From: an uncultured Bacteroidia bacterium
GTDB lineage: Bacteria; Bacteroidota; Bacteroidia; Bacteroidales; CAJPTX01
Assembly (NCBI GenBank): GCA_963543925.1
Contig: CAUUCP010000002.1
Location: 9,485 to 73,484, forward strand
Direction of reading: 5' to 3'
Length of the DNA stretch: 64,000 bases
The translations under genes were made by a program, and so were the position numbers. Below the pieces are notes generated by a model, which was given only the letters and a program-made list of their open reading frames with translations, had not been told where the DNA came from and did no database searches. This document shows, one piece after another, positions 37,136-47,098 of this stretch (within the stretch, counting starts at the first letter, position 1; every line of letters starts with the position of its first letter).

Positions 37136-38614
37136 TTAGAAGCTAGCGAAGCCGTCGGTCTGGACTAGGTTCGGATTTGCTCTTAGCTCCTCGGCAGGGA
37201 TAGGGAGCGTAAACTTCTTCGTCCCATACTTATAGGCATCCTTGTAGAAATCGCCTGTCCCCTTCACCTCACACTTCTCGTCTACACTCCGTTTGAATCG
37301 TGCTAAATCGTCGAAACGGAATCCTTCAAAACAGAGCTCCTTTTGCCGCTCCAGTAAGATGGCGTCTTCCGTCGCCTCAGTGTGTAGAGAAGCACCACGC
37401 TGCGCAGCAATGCTATTGAGTGCCGCCAACGCTCCAGCAAGGTCGCCTATACGGAAGAGCGCCTCAGCCTTCATCAGTACGACCTCTTCGTAACGCATGA
37501 GTACGATGTTGTCGGTATTGTTCTTGTGGTCAGGATATTTCCCCAAGTTCGCCAAATAGGTGTGCAACTTTTCGTTCGCCTTTTCCTTGCGTTTCCTTTG
37601 CTCAACATTTTCGCCTATCATAGCCTCGCTTCCTCGGATGTCGTTGGCTTCGAATAGGTTCTTCAGGTACTGGGTTGGTGCTACAGCCCCGAAATCTGGG
37701 TCGTGATAGGTCTGTGCTAGACTGAGGGTATTGGTCATCGCAGCTGCGGTAATCGCGAGTTCAAAGATCGAATTCGGATTCAGCTTTTTTCTCCACGAAG
37801 CCACGTACTCATTTTTGTCTAGGATACGGAACTGATTGCTATTTTCGACTTCCTTCAGACTTTGGAGCGCTTTTTCCCATTCACCGAACCATAGCGCCAT
37901 ACGGGCACGTAGTACGTGTGCCGCATAGTAATTTAGGTAGACTTGCAGGTTCATAGCATTCTGCCCACCAGTGAGCTTTTCATCGTCCTTTCCTGCCTTC
38001 AGCAAGGTGATGGCCTTATCGATATCAGCATATAGTTGCGTCTTTACCTCGTCAACCGAATTACGGGCCATCGTGAGATTCTTAGGCGGATAAGCCGTCG
38101 CGTACGGGATACCCGTCACCGAGCTTCCCGAATGTTGCGCCCCAAAGACACGCAGCAAGTCGTAATGTATCAATGCCCGCAACCCGTAGGCTTGCCCCAC
38201 AGCGAATTGCGCTTCCTTGTTACCAGAGAAGGCGGTTTCGTGTGCTATAACGGCATTGGTGGCGGCCACTGCCTTGTACATATTCGTCCACAGGTTCAAG
38301 ATATCGTAGTTCTCCGGCACGATGTACTTCCCAGCGTTGTACTCCATATACATATACATGGCGTTGAGGTTCGCCATACAATTTTCCGATCGAAGCTCTC
38401 CCAAGACCACCATATATCGCCCATAGTATGCATCTGTTGCCATGAGGCGATACGCGCTATAGAGAACCGAACTGAGCACCTCCACGGAATTGATATCCTC
38501 GTACTTGAGCTTCCCTGAAACAGGAAACTCCAAAGAGTCTTTACCACACGCACCGAGGAATATACTTGCTGCAGCGAGGAGGGCAAGGAGGGGGGTAATT
38601 ATTCTTCTTTTCAT
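37136..38614 (-). CDS. SusD/RagB-family lipoprotein (locus 3)
   Basis: 492 aa. Lipobox FLGAC. The fold is TPR-like helical, and it is adjacent to a SusC gene. Confidence 0.8.
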   Translation of the reverse strand: MKRRIITPLLALLAAASIFLGACGKDSLEFPVSGKLKYEDINSVEVLSSVLYSAYRLMATDAYYGRYMVVLGELRSENCMANLNAMYMYMEYNAGKYIVPENYDILNLWTNMYKAVAATNAVIAHETAFSGNKEAQFAVGQAYGLRALIHYDLLRVFGAQHSGSSVTGIPYATAYPPKNLTMARNSVDEVKTQLYADIDKAITLLKAGKDDEKLTGGQNAMNLQVYLNYYAAHVLRARMALWFGEWEKALQSLKEVENSNQFRILDKNEYVASWRKKLNPNSIFELAITAAAMTNTLSLAQTYHDPDFGAVAPTQYLKNLFEANDIRGSEAMIGENVEQRKRKEKANEKLHTYLANLGKYPDHKNNTDNIVLMRYEEVVLMKAEALFRIGDLAGALAALNSIAAQRGASLHTEATEDAILLERQKELCFEGFRFDDLARFKRSVDEKCEVKGTGDFYKDAYKYGTKKFTLPIPAEELRANPNLVQTDGFASF

Positions 38615-38632
38615 TCTCTAGAGCCTCCCAAA

Positions 38633-41600
38633 CTAGAAATTAATATTACAACCCACGGAGTATGTGCGCATAGCGGGGTTACGGAACTCCCACAGACCGT
38701 TGTCAGGAACCTCGGGGTCGTAATTCAGCTTCTTATCAAACTTGTAAGTAAAGAGATTAGTGAGTTGTCCGTACACCGTTACCGAGCCGTTGAAGTGGAT
38801 TCTATTGAGCCACGATTTAGGAAGGTTGTACCCTAACGTTAGGTCTCTGAGTCGGAAAAAGTCTCCCTTTCGTAGAAAATGGTCGCTATTGCGAATCACA
38901 CCGTTCTGTCCCGCTCCTATTCCTGTAATCGGTAGGTCGGCCTCTGTATCTCCGATCCCCTTCCAGAGTTTTCCATACATCCCGTCGACACCGCGGTGTT
39001 TCAAGATATGGGAAGCGTCATCGTTGTAGAAGTCCGAGAAATAGGGGTTCATAATCTTGTGCCCCATGGCTAGGTATCCACTAATGTCAAGGTAAGCACC
39101 CTTCCAGTCAACATGGAAAGAGAGTCCCGAGGTGAGCGTCGGTATAGCGCTGCACCCCATCCACAGACGCTGTGCTTGTGTATAGTCTTTAGTGGTGCTG
39201 GTACGGGTCTCGTCGGTATAGTAGAGCGACATCCCCGTGGTAGGATCTACCCCTGCATAGGCATAGAGATACCACTCATTTACGGTATGGTCTTCATCGA
39301 TGTTGGTATAAGCACCATTACTTAGTGGGATGGTCTTTCCCGATTGAGGGTCATGTGCCAATTTTGTCACCTTGTTGCTTACTGTAGCAAGGTTTACTCC
39401 CAAATTCATATTGAGGTCTTTCAGACGTAGAATACCGAAATCTAGCTGCGTTTCTATACCCCGGTTATACATCTCCCCAGCATTGCGATAGACGGAGGTA
39501 TGTCCCGACGAGAGGGGTAGCGGGACAGGCTGTAATAGGTCATAGGTACGCTTGTTGAAATAGGTCACCGAGCCCGAAATACGGTCATACCAGAGCGAAA
39601 ACTCCATCCCTACGTCCAGTGTAGCGTTCTTTTCCCAAGTCAGATCTGGGTTACCGTAGTCATAGACATCGCCAGCAGGACGTCCATTGTAAGAACCAAA
39701 ATATTCGAGGGTACGAAGATATCTCCCCTCTCCCCCAACCTCCGAGTTTCCACTAATCCCGTAGGAGGTACGGAAGCGTAGGCGAGTGATGGTGTTCACA
39801 AAAGGCTCAAAGAACTTTTCAGCGTGGATATTCCAAGCGACGCCAACCGATCCAAAGTTCCCAAACCGTTTGTCACGAGCAAAACGTGACGAACCTTCCA
39901 GACGATAAGAGAGGTCAAGGATATACCGTCCATCGTAGTCGTAGTTGGCAAGCAGAAGGTAAGCTGCATTCCCCCAGCTCGACTCCGATCCGTTAGTACC
40001 CTGATTGGTCTTCAAAGAACCAAGCTCTTTCATCTTATCCGTAGCTGAGTTGAAAGCCTGTCCCGAGAGGAAATTGACATAGCTACGTTGGTATTCTTGG
40101 AGGGCGAGCAAGGAGATCTTGTGGTTCTCCAAGAATCGGAGGTCGTAGTTCAGCGAGTTCTGTGTCACAAAGTTGTAGGTAGACTGCTTACTCTGGTAGG
40201 CGCGTCCTCCCTCGTAGCTATGGTCGCTATGCAGTCGGTTGTCGTACTCTTTTGCATCAAAAAGTACAAAGTCTAGCGCCACACGACTCTTAAAGCTTAA
40301 TCCCTCAATAATAGTTGCCGTCAATTGGTTGTTCGTCGAAAGGTGCGAAAGCACTTGTTTTCCCTCGTTATGGTCTTTCAAATAGAGCCAGTTCAGTGCA
40401 CCTCCAAGATCAATATTGGGCTTCCCATCTTTGTAGACTGGTGTGAAAGGAGAGGCATAATAAGGTCCCGCAACAGGATTTCCCATAGTACCGATCTGTT
40501 CAGCAAAAACCCCGTCCTGTCTAGTATACGAAACTTGGTTGTTCGTTGAGAACTTCAACCACTTTACGAGCGTTCTGTCTACGTTGAGTGCACCACTCAC
40601 TCGCTTGAAATCTGCACCTACAACTGGGTTTTGCGAATAGTTTCCTCCGAAGGACGCATAAAAGGTCTGTGTATCATCTCCCCCCGAAGCAGAAATCTGT
40701 GCATCGACGGTGCTCGTAATGGGTCGCCAGTAAGCCTTCGCGAAATCGTAATCGGGACGTCCCGCATCGTTCCAAGCCTTGATATTCGGCGTAGTCCCGT
40801 CAGCATTGCTCAGAATATCTTTTCTGTAGGTTTCCACATCAGGCAGCGAATTCCATAACTCGTTGACCTTCTCCAGCTGCTTCGGAGTCAGTTTCCCGAT
40901 CGCATAGTTCAGGTAAATCCCTTTGTCATGCTTCTGCTCATCAAGCAACTTCTTCACGAATGCTCCATTCCTCTTTGTAAAAGCGAGGAGTTCGAGCTGC
41001 TGCTCTGCCGTCATAAATCCTAGGTTCGGAAGACGCTGTGCCGCACCGTATCGTGCACTAAAGTTGAACTTGGTAGCCCCTTTTCGTCCATTCTTGGTTT
41101 TGATGACGATAACACCGTTCGATCCCCGTGCTCCGTAAGCCGCCGTCGCAGATGCATCCTTCAGCAAAGTCACCGACTCGATATCTGCATTGTTTAGCGA
41201 AGCAAGGGCGGAGAGACTAGAGGAATTAAGCCCTCTGTTTTCTTTTTCATATGCGATAGGCACTCCATCTACGACGTAAAGCGGATCGGTATTACTCCCC
41301 GTTACAGAACTAGCCCCACGCACACGCACCGTGGAGAGCGAGCCTGGAGTCGAAGAGCTCATGTTCGTAACCATCCCAGGTACCTTTCCCGCCATCCCCT
41401 CTACAACCTGTAGTGCAGGACGCGCGTTGAGATCCTTGGCATCCATCTGAACACTAGATCCCGTCATCTGATTCTTTCCGCGCGAGGTATATCCTAGCAC
41501 CATGACTTGGTCAATCTCCTCAAGCGCTGGTTGCATCTCCACATTGAGTTCTACCTGTCCATGCCCCGCTCCAACCACAATCTCCTGCGTTTGCATCCCA

Positions 41601-41854
41601 ACGTACTCGAATATCAGGACAGCCGCCACATCCTCTACATTGATAGAGTATTTCCCATCCATATTCGTGACCACACCCGTATTTGTACCCTTGATTCGTA
41701 CAGCAAGCTGTGGTAGCGGCAACCCATCCTCTGCAGAGGTCACGACCCCCGAGACGGTAAAACGTTCCACCACCACATTGGGGACGGCTATTTCTTGTGC
41801 GAGCGCGACTCCCACAAGCATCAGTAGTAGAAAGAGTAGCAAATTCCTTTTCAT
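38633..41854 (-). CDS. SusC-family TonB-dependent receptor (locus 3)
   Basis: Start at MKRNLLLFLLLMLVGVALAQE. It has a CarboxypepD_reg-like N-domain, the plug motif DPLYVVDGVPI...LKDASATAAYGARGSNGVIVIKTKNG, and a barrel ending ...SVGCNINF. Confidence 0.9.
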   Translation of the reverse strand: MKRNLLLFLLLMLVGVALAQEIAVPNVVVERFTVSGVVTSAEDGLPLPQLAVRIKGTNTGVVTNMDGKYSINVEDVAAVLIFEYVGMQTQEIVVGAGHGQVELNVEMQPALEEIDQVMVLGYTSRGKNQMTGSSVQMDAKDLNARPALQVVEGMAGKVPGMVTNMSSSTPGSLSTVRVRGASSVTGSNTDPLYVVDGVPIAYEKENRGLNSSSLSALASLNNADIESVTLLKDASATAAYGARGSNGVIVIKTKNGRKGATKFNFSARYGAAQRLPNLGFMTAEQQLELLAFTKRNGAFVKKLLDEQKHDKGIYLNYAIGKLTPKQLEKVNELWNSLPDVETYRKDILSNADGTTPNIKAWNDAGRPDYDFAKAYWRPITSTVDAQISASGGDDTQTFYASFGGNYSQNPVVGADFKRVSGALNVDRTLVKWLKFSTNNQVSYTRQDGVFAEQIGTMGNPVAGPYYASPFTPVYKDGKPNIDLGGALNWLYLKDHNEGKQVLSHLSTNNQLTATIIEGLSFKSRVALDFVLFDAKEYDNRLHSDHSYEGGRAYQSKQSTYNFVTQNSLNYDLRFLENHKISLLALQEYQRSYVNFLSGQAFNSATDKMKELGSLKTNQGTNGSESSWGNAAYLLLANYDYDGRYILDLSYRLEGSSRFARDKRFGNFGSVGVAWNIHAEKFFEPFVNTITRLRFRTSYGISGNSEVGGEGRYLRTLEYFGSYNGRPAGDVYDYGNPDLTWEKNATLDVGMEFSLWYDRISGSVTYFNKRTYDLLQPVPLPLSSGHTSVYRNAGEMYNRGIETQLDFGILRLKDLNMNLGVNLATVSNKVTKLAHDPQSGKTIPLSNGAYTNIDEDHTVNEWYLYAYAGVDPTTGMSLYYTDETRTSTTKDYTQAQRLWMGCSAIPTLTSGLSFHVDWKGAYLDISGYLAMGHKIMNPYFSDFYNDDASHILKHRGVDGMYGKLWKGIGDTEADLPITGIGAGQNGVIRNSDHFLRKGDFFRLRDLTLGYNLPKSWLNRIHFNGSVTVYGQLTNLFTYKFDKKLNYDPEVPDNGLWEFRNPAMRTYSVGCNINF

Positions 41855-42047
41855 GTGCCTTAGCGTTATTTCGTTTCCACACTTACTCACGAACAAAATT
41901 ACAATATCCAATAAAAATACCAACCCACGTTTCTAATTTATTGTGATTTTACTCATGCTACCAAGATGTCCCCCCAAAAAATATACCGAACGTGCAGAGA
42001 GATTTACAGACGCTACGCACTACGTACCCCCATTAGTACGATACGAT

Positions 42048-42270
42048 CCTAAAAAAGTGTGTCCCACATCACAGCAACGGGGGAGAAAAATGAGGAAGAG
42101 AAATGGGGAAGAAAAACGTGGAAATACCGCTTTATGTTTTCCTTAATGCCTTATCCCCAAAAAAGGCACACTAGGAGTACACCAATGCTACACATACTCT
42201 ATACGTGCTCTACACGTACTCTACACGTACTAAATTAGGTAAAATTACCTACCCAAAAAATAGCCCATAT
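42048..42270 (-). repeat. intergenic repeat element, copy C (solo, inverted, between susC locus 3 and ftsY)
   Basis: Its reverse complement aligns with copy B across the whole element, including the 11-mer array (42187-42230). Confidence 0.8.
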
Positions 42271-42510
42271 TTACATATACTCCCTTATTTCTACGTAGCA
42301 TTATTTATATTACCGTATAGAAAAGAGGCTTTAGAAATTCGTAAAGTAGGCGGATGGAAAGGGGGATAAGAAACGGAAGGAGACGGAGAAATGGGCAGCT
42401 TTTACAGACACTACATTAAAATCCCATAAGGTGGATAGTCTGATGACTTTTTCTGTTGGCTATAACTTTTCTTGGTATCTTTACGCCAAAATTTAATAAC
42501 TATTCGGTCA

Positions 42511-43452
42511 ATGGCGCTATTCGGTTTGTTTGGTCGGAAAAAGAAGGACAAAGAGGACTTGGACAAAGGACTTCAAAAGACCAAAGAGGGGCTTTTCTCG
42601 AAATTCGCACGGCTCATCACGGCGCGTTCACGCATTGACGACGAAATGCTCGACGAGCTGGAGGAGATCCTGATTTCCTCCGATATGGGCGTAGAAACGA
42701 CAATCAAGATCATCGATACGCTCAAAAAGCGTGTAGCACAAGAGCGGTACAAAAACGCTGCAGAGCTGCAGGGATACCTGCGGGAGGTAATCCTTGATCT
42801 CCTCCAAGAAGAGCCCCCCCTCCCTCCCCCAGAGGAAAGTAAGCCGTACGTCATCTTGGTAGTTGGGGTGAATGGTGTGGGAAAGACGACCACCATAGGC
42901 AAGTTAGCGCATCGTTTTAGAGAAGAGGGGAAGAAGGTACTGATCGGGGCGGCGGATACTTTTCGTGCAGCGGCCGTAGACCAGCTTTCCATTTGGGCAG
43001 AACGTGCACAGTGTCACATCATCAAACAACAAATGGGCGCAGACCCCGCGGCAGTAGCCTTTGACACGATGACAGCCGCTAAGGCTGGGGACTATGATGT
43101 GGTCTTGATAGACACTGCGGGGCGCTTGCACAACAAGGTCAATCTGATGAATGAGCTTGGCAAGATCAAGCGCGTCATGCAAAAGGTATTTCCATTCGTA
43201 CCTCAGGAGGTGCTCTTGGTACTCGATGCCGCCACAGGTCAGAACGCCTATGAGCAGGCCAAGCAGTTTATGAGTGTCACGGAGATCAACGCACTTGCAC
43301 TCACCAAGCTGGATGGTACAGCACGAGGAGGCGTAGCCATCGGGATTAGCGATCAGTTACGCGTCCCAATCAAGTATATCGGCGTGGGCGAAGGTATTGA
43401 TGATTTACAAAATTTCGACCGCGTAGCTTTTGTAGACTCGCTCTTTGCCTAG
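42511..43452 (+). CDS. ftsY: signal recognition particle receptor FtsY
   Basis: Start at MALFGLFGRKKK. Motifs GVNGVGKTTTIGKLA, DTAGR and TKLDGTARGG. Confidence 0.9.
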   Translation: MALFGLFGRKKKDKEDLDKGLQKTKEGLFSKFARLITARSRIDDEMLDELEEILISSDMGVETTIKIIDTLKKRVAQERYKNAAELQGYLREVILDLLQEEPPLPPPEESKPYVILVVGVNGVGKTTTIGKLAHRFREEGKKVLIGAADTFRAAAVDQLSIWAERAQCHIIKQQMGADPAAVAFDTMTAAKAGDYDVVLIDTAGRLHNKVNLMNELGKIKRVMQKVFPFVPQEVLLVLDAATGQNAYEQAKQFMSVTEINALALTKLDGTARGGVAIGISDQLRVPIKYIGVGEGIDDLQNFDRVAFVDSLFA

Positions 43453-44766
43453 ATGGGAGGTACTACTTCGCCGCGCGTGGTGATAGTAACGCTCGGGTGT
43501 TCGAAGAATGTCGTAGACTCCGAGCACATCGGGGCCTCCTTTGCTGAGGGAGGTTGGCGCGTATATTACGACGAAGAGCCACGCCGAGGCGACCTGCTGA
43601 TATTGAACACGTGCGGATTTATCGGTGACGCCAAAGAGGAATCGGTGAACTATATCTTGCGTGCGGAGCGTCTTCGCAAAGAGGGCTTCTTGAAGCGTTT
43701 GGTGGTAATGGGCTGTCTTTCCCAGCGCTACCGAAACGAGTTGCGCACGGAGATCCCCAACGTAGATGCATGGTATGGGGTAAATGAGGAGGCGTCTCTC
43801 CTTCGCGACCACAACCTTTCTCCCGCGGCGGGAAATTTGCGTCTCCAATCCACGCCGCGTCATTTTGCCTATCTGAAGATAGCAGAGGGTTGTGACCGTA
43901 GTTGTGCGTTTTGTGCAATCCCTGCGATACGGGGGCGTTTCCATTCTACGGACGAAGAAACCTTGGTACGCGAAGCCAAGGAGCTCGCCGCAGGGGGAGT
44001 GAAGGAGCTTATCCTTGTAGCCCAGGAGCTAACCTACTATGGTCGGGAACGTCGCCAGGCGAATGCGTTAGTCCATTTATTGGAGCGTTTGGCAGGCGAG
44101 ACGGAGATCGAATGGTTGCGACTCCACTACGCGTATCCGCATGACTTTCCGTCAGATCTGATAGCGTGGATGGCACGTGAGCCGAAGGCGTGTCACTACC
44201 TAGACATCCCCGTGCAGCATGCCGCAGACTCGGTATTACAGTCGATGCATCGTGCGCATTCCCACGCACAGACCGTAACCTTGATCGAACAACTGCGTGA
44301 CGCAATCCCAGACATTGCGCTTCGCACGACGCTCATCGTCGGATATCCGACAGAGGGAGACAAAGAGTTCGCGGAGCTTCTTGATTTTGTCCAGTGGGCA
44401 TCTTTCGAACACTTGGGCGCTTTTCCTTACTCTTCCGAAGACGGGACATATGCTGCGCAGCATCTGAGTGATGTCGTACCTCCAGAGGAAAAACAGCGTC
44501 GGTATGATGAGCTTATGAAGCTTCAACGAGGTATCGCGGAACTTGTTCGCGGCAAGCGCGTTGGAACGACATTACCCGTGCTTTTGGAGTCGGAGATGGA
44601 ATCGGGGCTTTGGGTGGGGCGTACACGCTATGACTCGCCAGAGATAGATGGCGAAGTGCACGTACGCACGGGAGCGACTGTGGTGCACGCAGGAGAGATT
44701 CTCCCCGTAAAGCTTGTTTCAGTGTTAGACTATGACTTCGAAGGTGTTTTAACAGCGCTCCCGTAA
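43453..44766 (+). CDS. rimO: ribosomal protein S12 methylthiotransferase RimO
   Basis: 437 aa. It has an N-terminal MTTase domain (TLGCSKNVVDSE), a radical SAM motif CDRSCAFCAIP and a C-terminal TRAM domain. Confidence 0.8.
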   Translation: MGGTTSPRVVIVTLGCSKNVVDSEHIGASFAEGGWRVYYDEEPRRGDLLILNTCGFIGDAKEESVNYILRAERLRKEGFLKRLVVMGCLSQRYRNELRTEIPNVDAWYGVNEEASLLRDHNLSPAAGNLRLQSTPRHFAYLKIAEGCDRSCAFCAIPAIRGRFHSTDEETLVREAKELAAGGVKELILVAQELTYYGRERRQANALVHLLERLAGETEIEWLRLHYAYPHDFPSDLIAWMAREPKACHYLDIPVQHAADSVLQSMHRAHSHAQTVTLIEQLRDAIPDIALRTTLIVGYPTEGDKEFAELLDFVQWASFEHLGAFPYSSEDGTYAAQHLSDVVPPEEKQRRYDELMKLQRGIAELVRGKRVGTTLPVLLESEMESGLWVGRTRYDSPEIDGEVHVRTGATVVHAGEILPVKLVSVLDYDFEGVLTALP

Positions 44767-44815
44767 GGAGAAATTTGCTGTATTCCCACGCGGCTTCCCA
44801 TTAGAAAAGATTTAC

Positions 44816-44823
44816 TATATTTG
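44816..44823 (+). promoter_or_regulatory. -7 box TATATTTG for the Hpt-STAS pair
   Basis: TAnnTTTG match with 29 nt between the box and the ATG at 44853. Confidence 0.55.
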
Positions 44824-44852
44824 CAATGGGTAAGGTTTAGAGTAGTTAAGGG

Positions 44853-45218
44853 ATGTCAAGCGAATTACCTTTGGATCGCGAGTGGTTGACCAGTCTCTGT
44901 AGTGCGGGGACGAGTTTCTTGCGGGATCTTCTTTGGCTCTTTAAGGATCAGAGTCATAATTATATCCGTACGCTTCGTAGCACAACGCTACAGAAGAACG
45001 AGGAGTTGTGTGCGTTGACCCATAAGCTCAAGGGGAGTGCGAGTTCACTTGGCTTGAAGCGATTGGCTGCGTTGACCCAAGAGTTTGAGAACCATATCCG
45101 TGCGGGAGTAGAGTCGGAGTCCGATCTCCGGCGTCGCGCCGAGCTGCTGGAGTCGGAGATCAATACGGGAGCGACGGCAGTAGCTCATTACATCGAGGAA
45201 ATCGATAAACATAAATAA
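44853..45218 (+). CDS. stand-alone histidine phosphotransfer (Hpt) domain protein
   Basis: 121 aa. The motif THKLKGSASSLG matches the Hpt consensus H.LKGS...G. Confidence 0.65.
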   Translation: MSSELPLDREWLTSLCSAGTSFLRDLLWLFKDQSHNYIRTLRSTTLQKNEELCALTHKLKGSASSLGLKRLAALTQEFENHIRAGVESESDLRRRAELLESEINTGATAVAHYIEEIDKHK

Positions 45219-45220
45219 AG

Positions 45221-45526
45221 ATGTTGCAAGTCACAGTCAATGGGAGCGAAACGCGGGTAAGTTTCGATCCAGGTAGTAAACTAAACATCGCCAAGGCGGG
45301 CGAGGCAAAGAACGAGTTTGCACGCATAGTCAAAGGAGAGAATGGTCGTTTGGTATTGGATTTAGCCAACCTAGACTACATAGATTCGTCAGGAGTGGGT
45401 GCCTTGCTCTCCCTTCTTCGTCTCTGTAAGGAGCACAAGTGGACTCTCTCTCTGATCAATCCTCAGCAAGCTGTGAAGGACTTGTTCAACCTCCTTCAGC
45501 TTCAGTCTATTTTCAAATTCCAATAG
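45221..45526 (+). CDS. STAS-domain anti-sigma-factor antagonist (SpoIIAA-like)
   Basis: 101 aa. The motif LDYIDSSGVGALL contains a candidate phosphorylatable Ser. There is a 2-nt gap after the Hpt stop. Confidence 0.7.
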   Translation: MLQVTVNGSETRVSFDPGSKLNIAKAGEAKNEFARIVKGENGRLVLDLANLDYIDSSGVGALLSLLRLCKEHKWTLSLINPQQAVKDLFNLLQLQSIFKFQ

Positions 45527-45542
45527 CGTAGTAATGTGGTGT

Positions 45543-45585
45543 TCCCTTCGCAGAGAGTTACTCACGAAGGGGACGCTTTTTTTTT
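45543..45585 (+). terminator. rho-independent terminator after the STAS gene
   Basis: TCCCTTCG-loop-CGAAGGGGA followed by CGCTTTTTTTTT. Confidence 0.7.
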
Positions 45586-45671
45586 GTAGTAAGGGTCTCT
45601 GATCGGGAGCGTATGGATAGTACGTTCCCTCCTAAACAAAAAGAATCATGTTGTCGGGTGGTATCAAATTT

Positions 45672-46961
45672 ATGAGTGCAGAGGAGGCGGTACAGGTAGT
45701 CCGCTCTGGAGATCATATTCATCTGGGGAGCGTAGCTACAACCCCCACCATTCTAGTAAATGCGCTGTGTGCGTATGGTAAATCGGCAGGGCTAAAGGAT
45801 GTACATATCCACCATTTGCACACCGAGCCTCCAGCCCCGTATAGCGAGCCCGAGTATGAAGGGATCTTTCAACTGGACTCCTTTTTCGTAGGAAAGAACG
45901 TGCGTAAGATAACCCAAGCTGGCTATGCGGACTATATTCCGATCTTCTTGGGTGAGACGCAAAAACTGTATAGAGAGGGGGTGTTGCCCGTTGACGTGGC
46001 CATGGTACAGGTTTCCCCTCCCGATGCTTTTGGGTATGTATCGTTAGGTAGCTCGGTGGATGCGACCTTGGCAGCAATAGAGAAGGCACGCTGTGTGATC
46101 GCTGTGGTAAACAAGCACGTACCGCGCACGTTGGGCGATGCGATGATCCGCATAGAGCAGATAGATCGTTGGGTAGCGCATGATGAACCCCTTGAAGAGG
46201 TGCACTTCGGTACTCCGAATGCAGAAGAGCAGACGATTGGTAGGAACTGTGCAGAGCTGATCGAGGACGGGGCGACGCTTCAGATGGGGATCGGGAACAT
46301 CCCCAATGCCGTGCTCTCGTGCCTAACGAATCACAAAGACCTTGGTATTCACACCGAGATGTTTGCAGACGGGGTACTCCCTCTGGTAGCGAGTGGTGTG
46401 ATCAATGGTTCGAAAAAGGTGACTGACCCCTATCGCATCGTCTCGACATTCCTAATGGGTTCGCAGAAGGTTTATGACTTCATAGACAATAACCCTGGAG
46501 TATTGATGATGGATGTGGGCTATACGAACGATCCATTTATCATAGCGCAGAACCCTCGGATGACGGCCATCAACTCTGCTCTCGAGGTAGATATCACAGG
46601 GCAAGTTTGTGCCGACTCTATCGGGACAAAGTTCTACTCGGGTGTAGGAGGACAAGTGGACTTCCTATACGGCGCATCTCGTTCAAAGGGTGGGAAACCA
46701 ATCATCGCGATGCCAGCACGCACAGCCAAAGGGGAGAGCAAGCTCGTTCCAACTCTGAAGGTCGGAGCAGGTGTGGTAACGACGCGTTCGCATATGCACT
46801 GGCTCGTAACGGAGTTCGGAGCTGTAAATCTATACGGTAAGACCTTGCAGGAGCGTGCTCGTCTGATCACTTCGGTAGCCCATCCAGATGATCGCGAGAT
46901 GCTAGACCGCGCCGCCTTTGAGCGTTATGGCAGTCACTTCCATTTCTTGGGTGGAAAGTAA
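45672..46961 (+). CDS. acetyl-CoA hydrolase/transferase family protein, 4-hydroxybutyrate CoA-transferase-like
   Basis: About 430 aa. Motifs GIGNIPNAV, HTEMF and SGVGGQVDF. I prefer the start at MSAEEAVQVV. Confidence 0.75.
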   Translation: MSAEEAVQVVRSGDHIHLGSVATTPTILVNALCAYGKSAGLKDVHIHHLHTEPPAPYSEPEYEGIFQLDSFFVGKNVRKITQAGYADYIPIFLGETQKLYREGVLPVDVAMVQVSPPDAFGYVSLGSSVDATLAAIEKARCVIAVVNKHVPRTLGDAMIRIEQIDRWVAHDEPLEEVHFGTPNAEEQTIGRNCAELIEDGATLQMGIGNIPNAVLSCLTNHKDLGIHTEMFADGVLPLVASGVINGSKKVTDPYRIVSTFLMGSQKVYDFIDNNPGVLMMDVGYTNDPFIIAQNPRMTAINSALEVDITGQVCADSIGTKFYSGVGGQVDFLYGASRSKGGKPIIAMPARTAKGESKLVPTLKVGAGVVTTRSHMHWLVTEFGAVNLYGKTLQERARLITSVAHPDDREMLDRAAFERYGSHFHFLGGK

Positions 46962-47066
46962 GGGGAATTATACCCATTGTAAGAATCAGCTACGGCGCGT
47001 CATCTCCCCTGTGAGGTGGCGCGCCGTATAGATGTAGAGGAGTCTATTGGACGGTACCCTTTTTCC

Positions 47067-47074
47067 TACCTTTG
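47067..47074 (+). promoter_or_regulatory. -7 box TACCTTTG for paralog 3
   Basis: TAnnTTTG match with 24 nt between the box and the ATG at 47099. The geometry matches paralog 2. Confidence 0.6.
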
Positions 47075-47098
47075 TACAAACGAATGGAGGAAGCAAAG

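Noticed and set aside
41943-42146. 67-aa ORF inside repeat copy C
   Set aside because: It is not conserved as an ORF in copies A and B of the same element.
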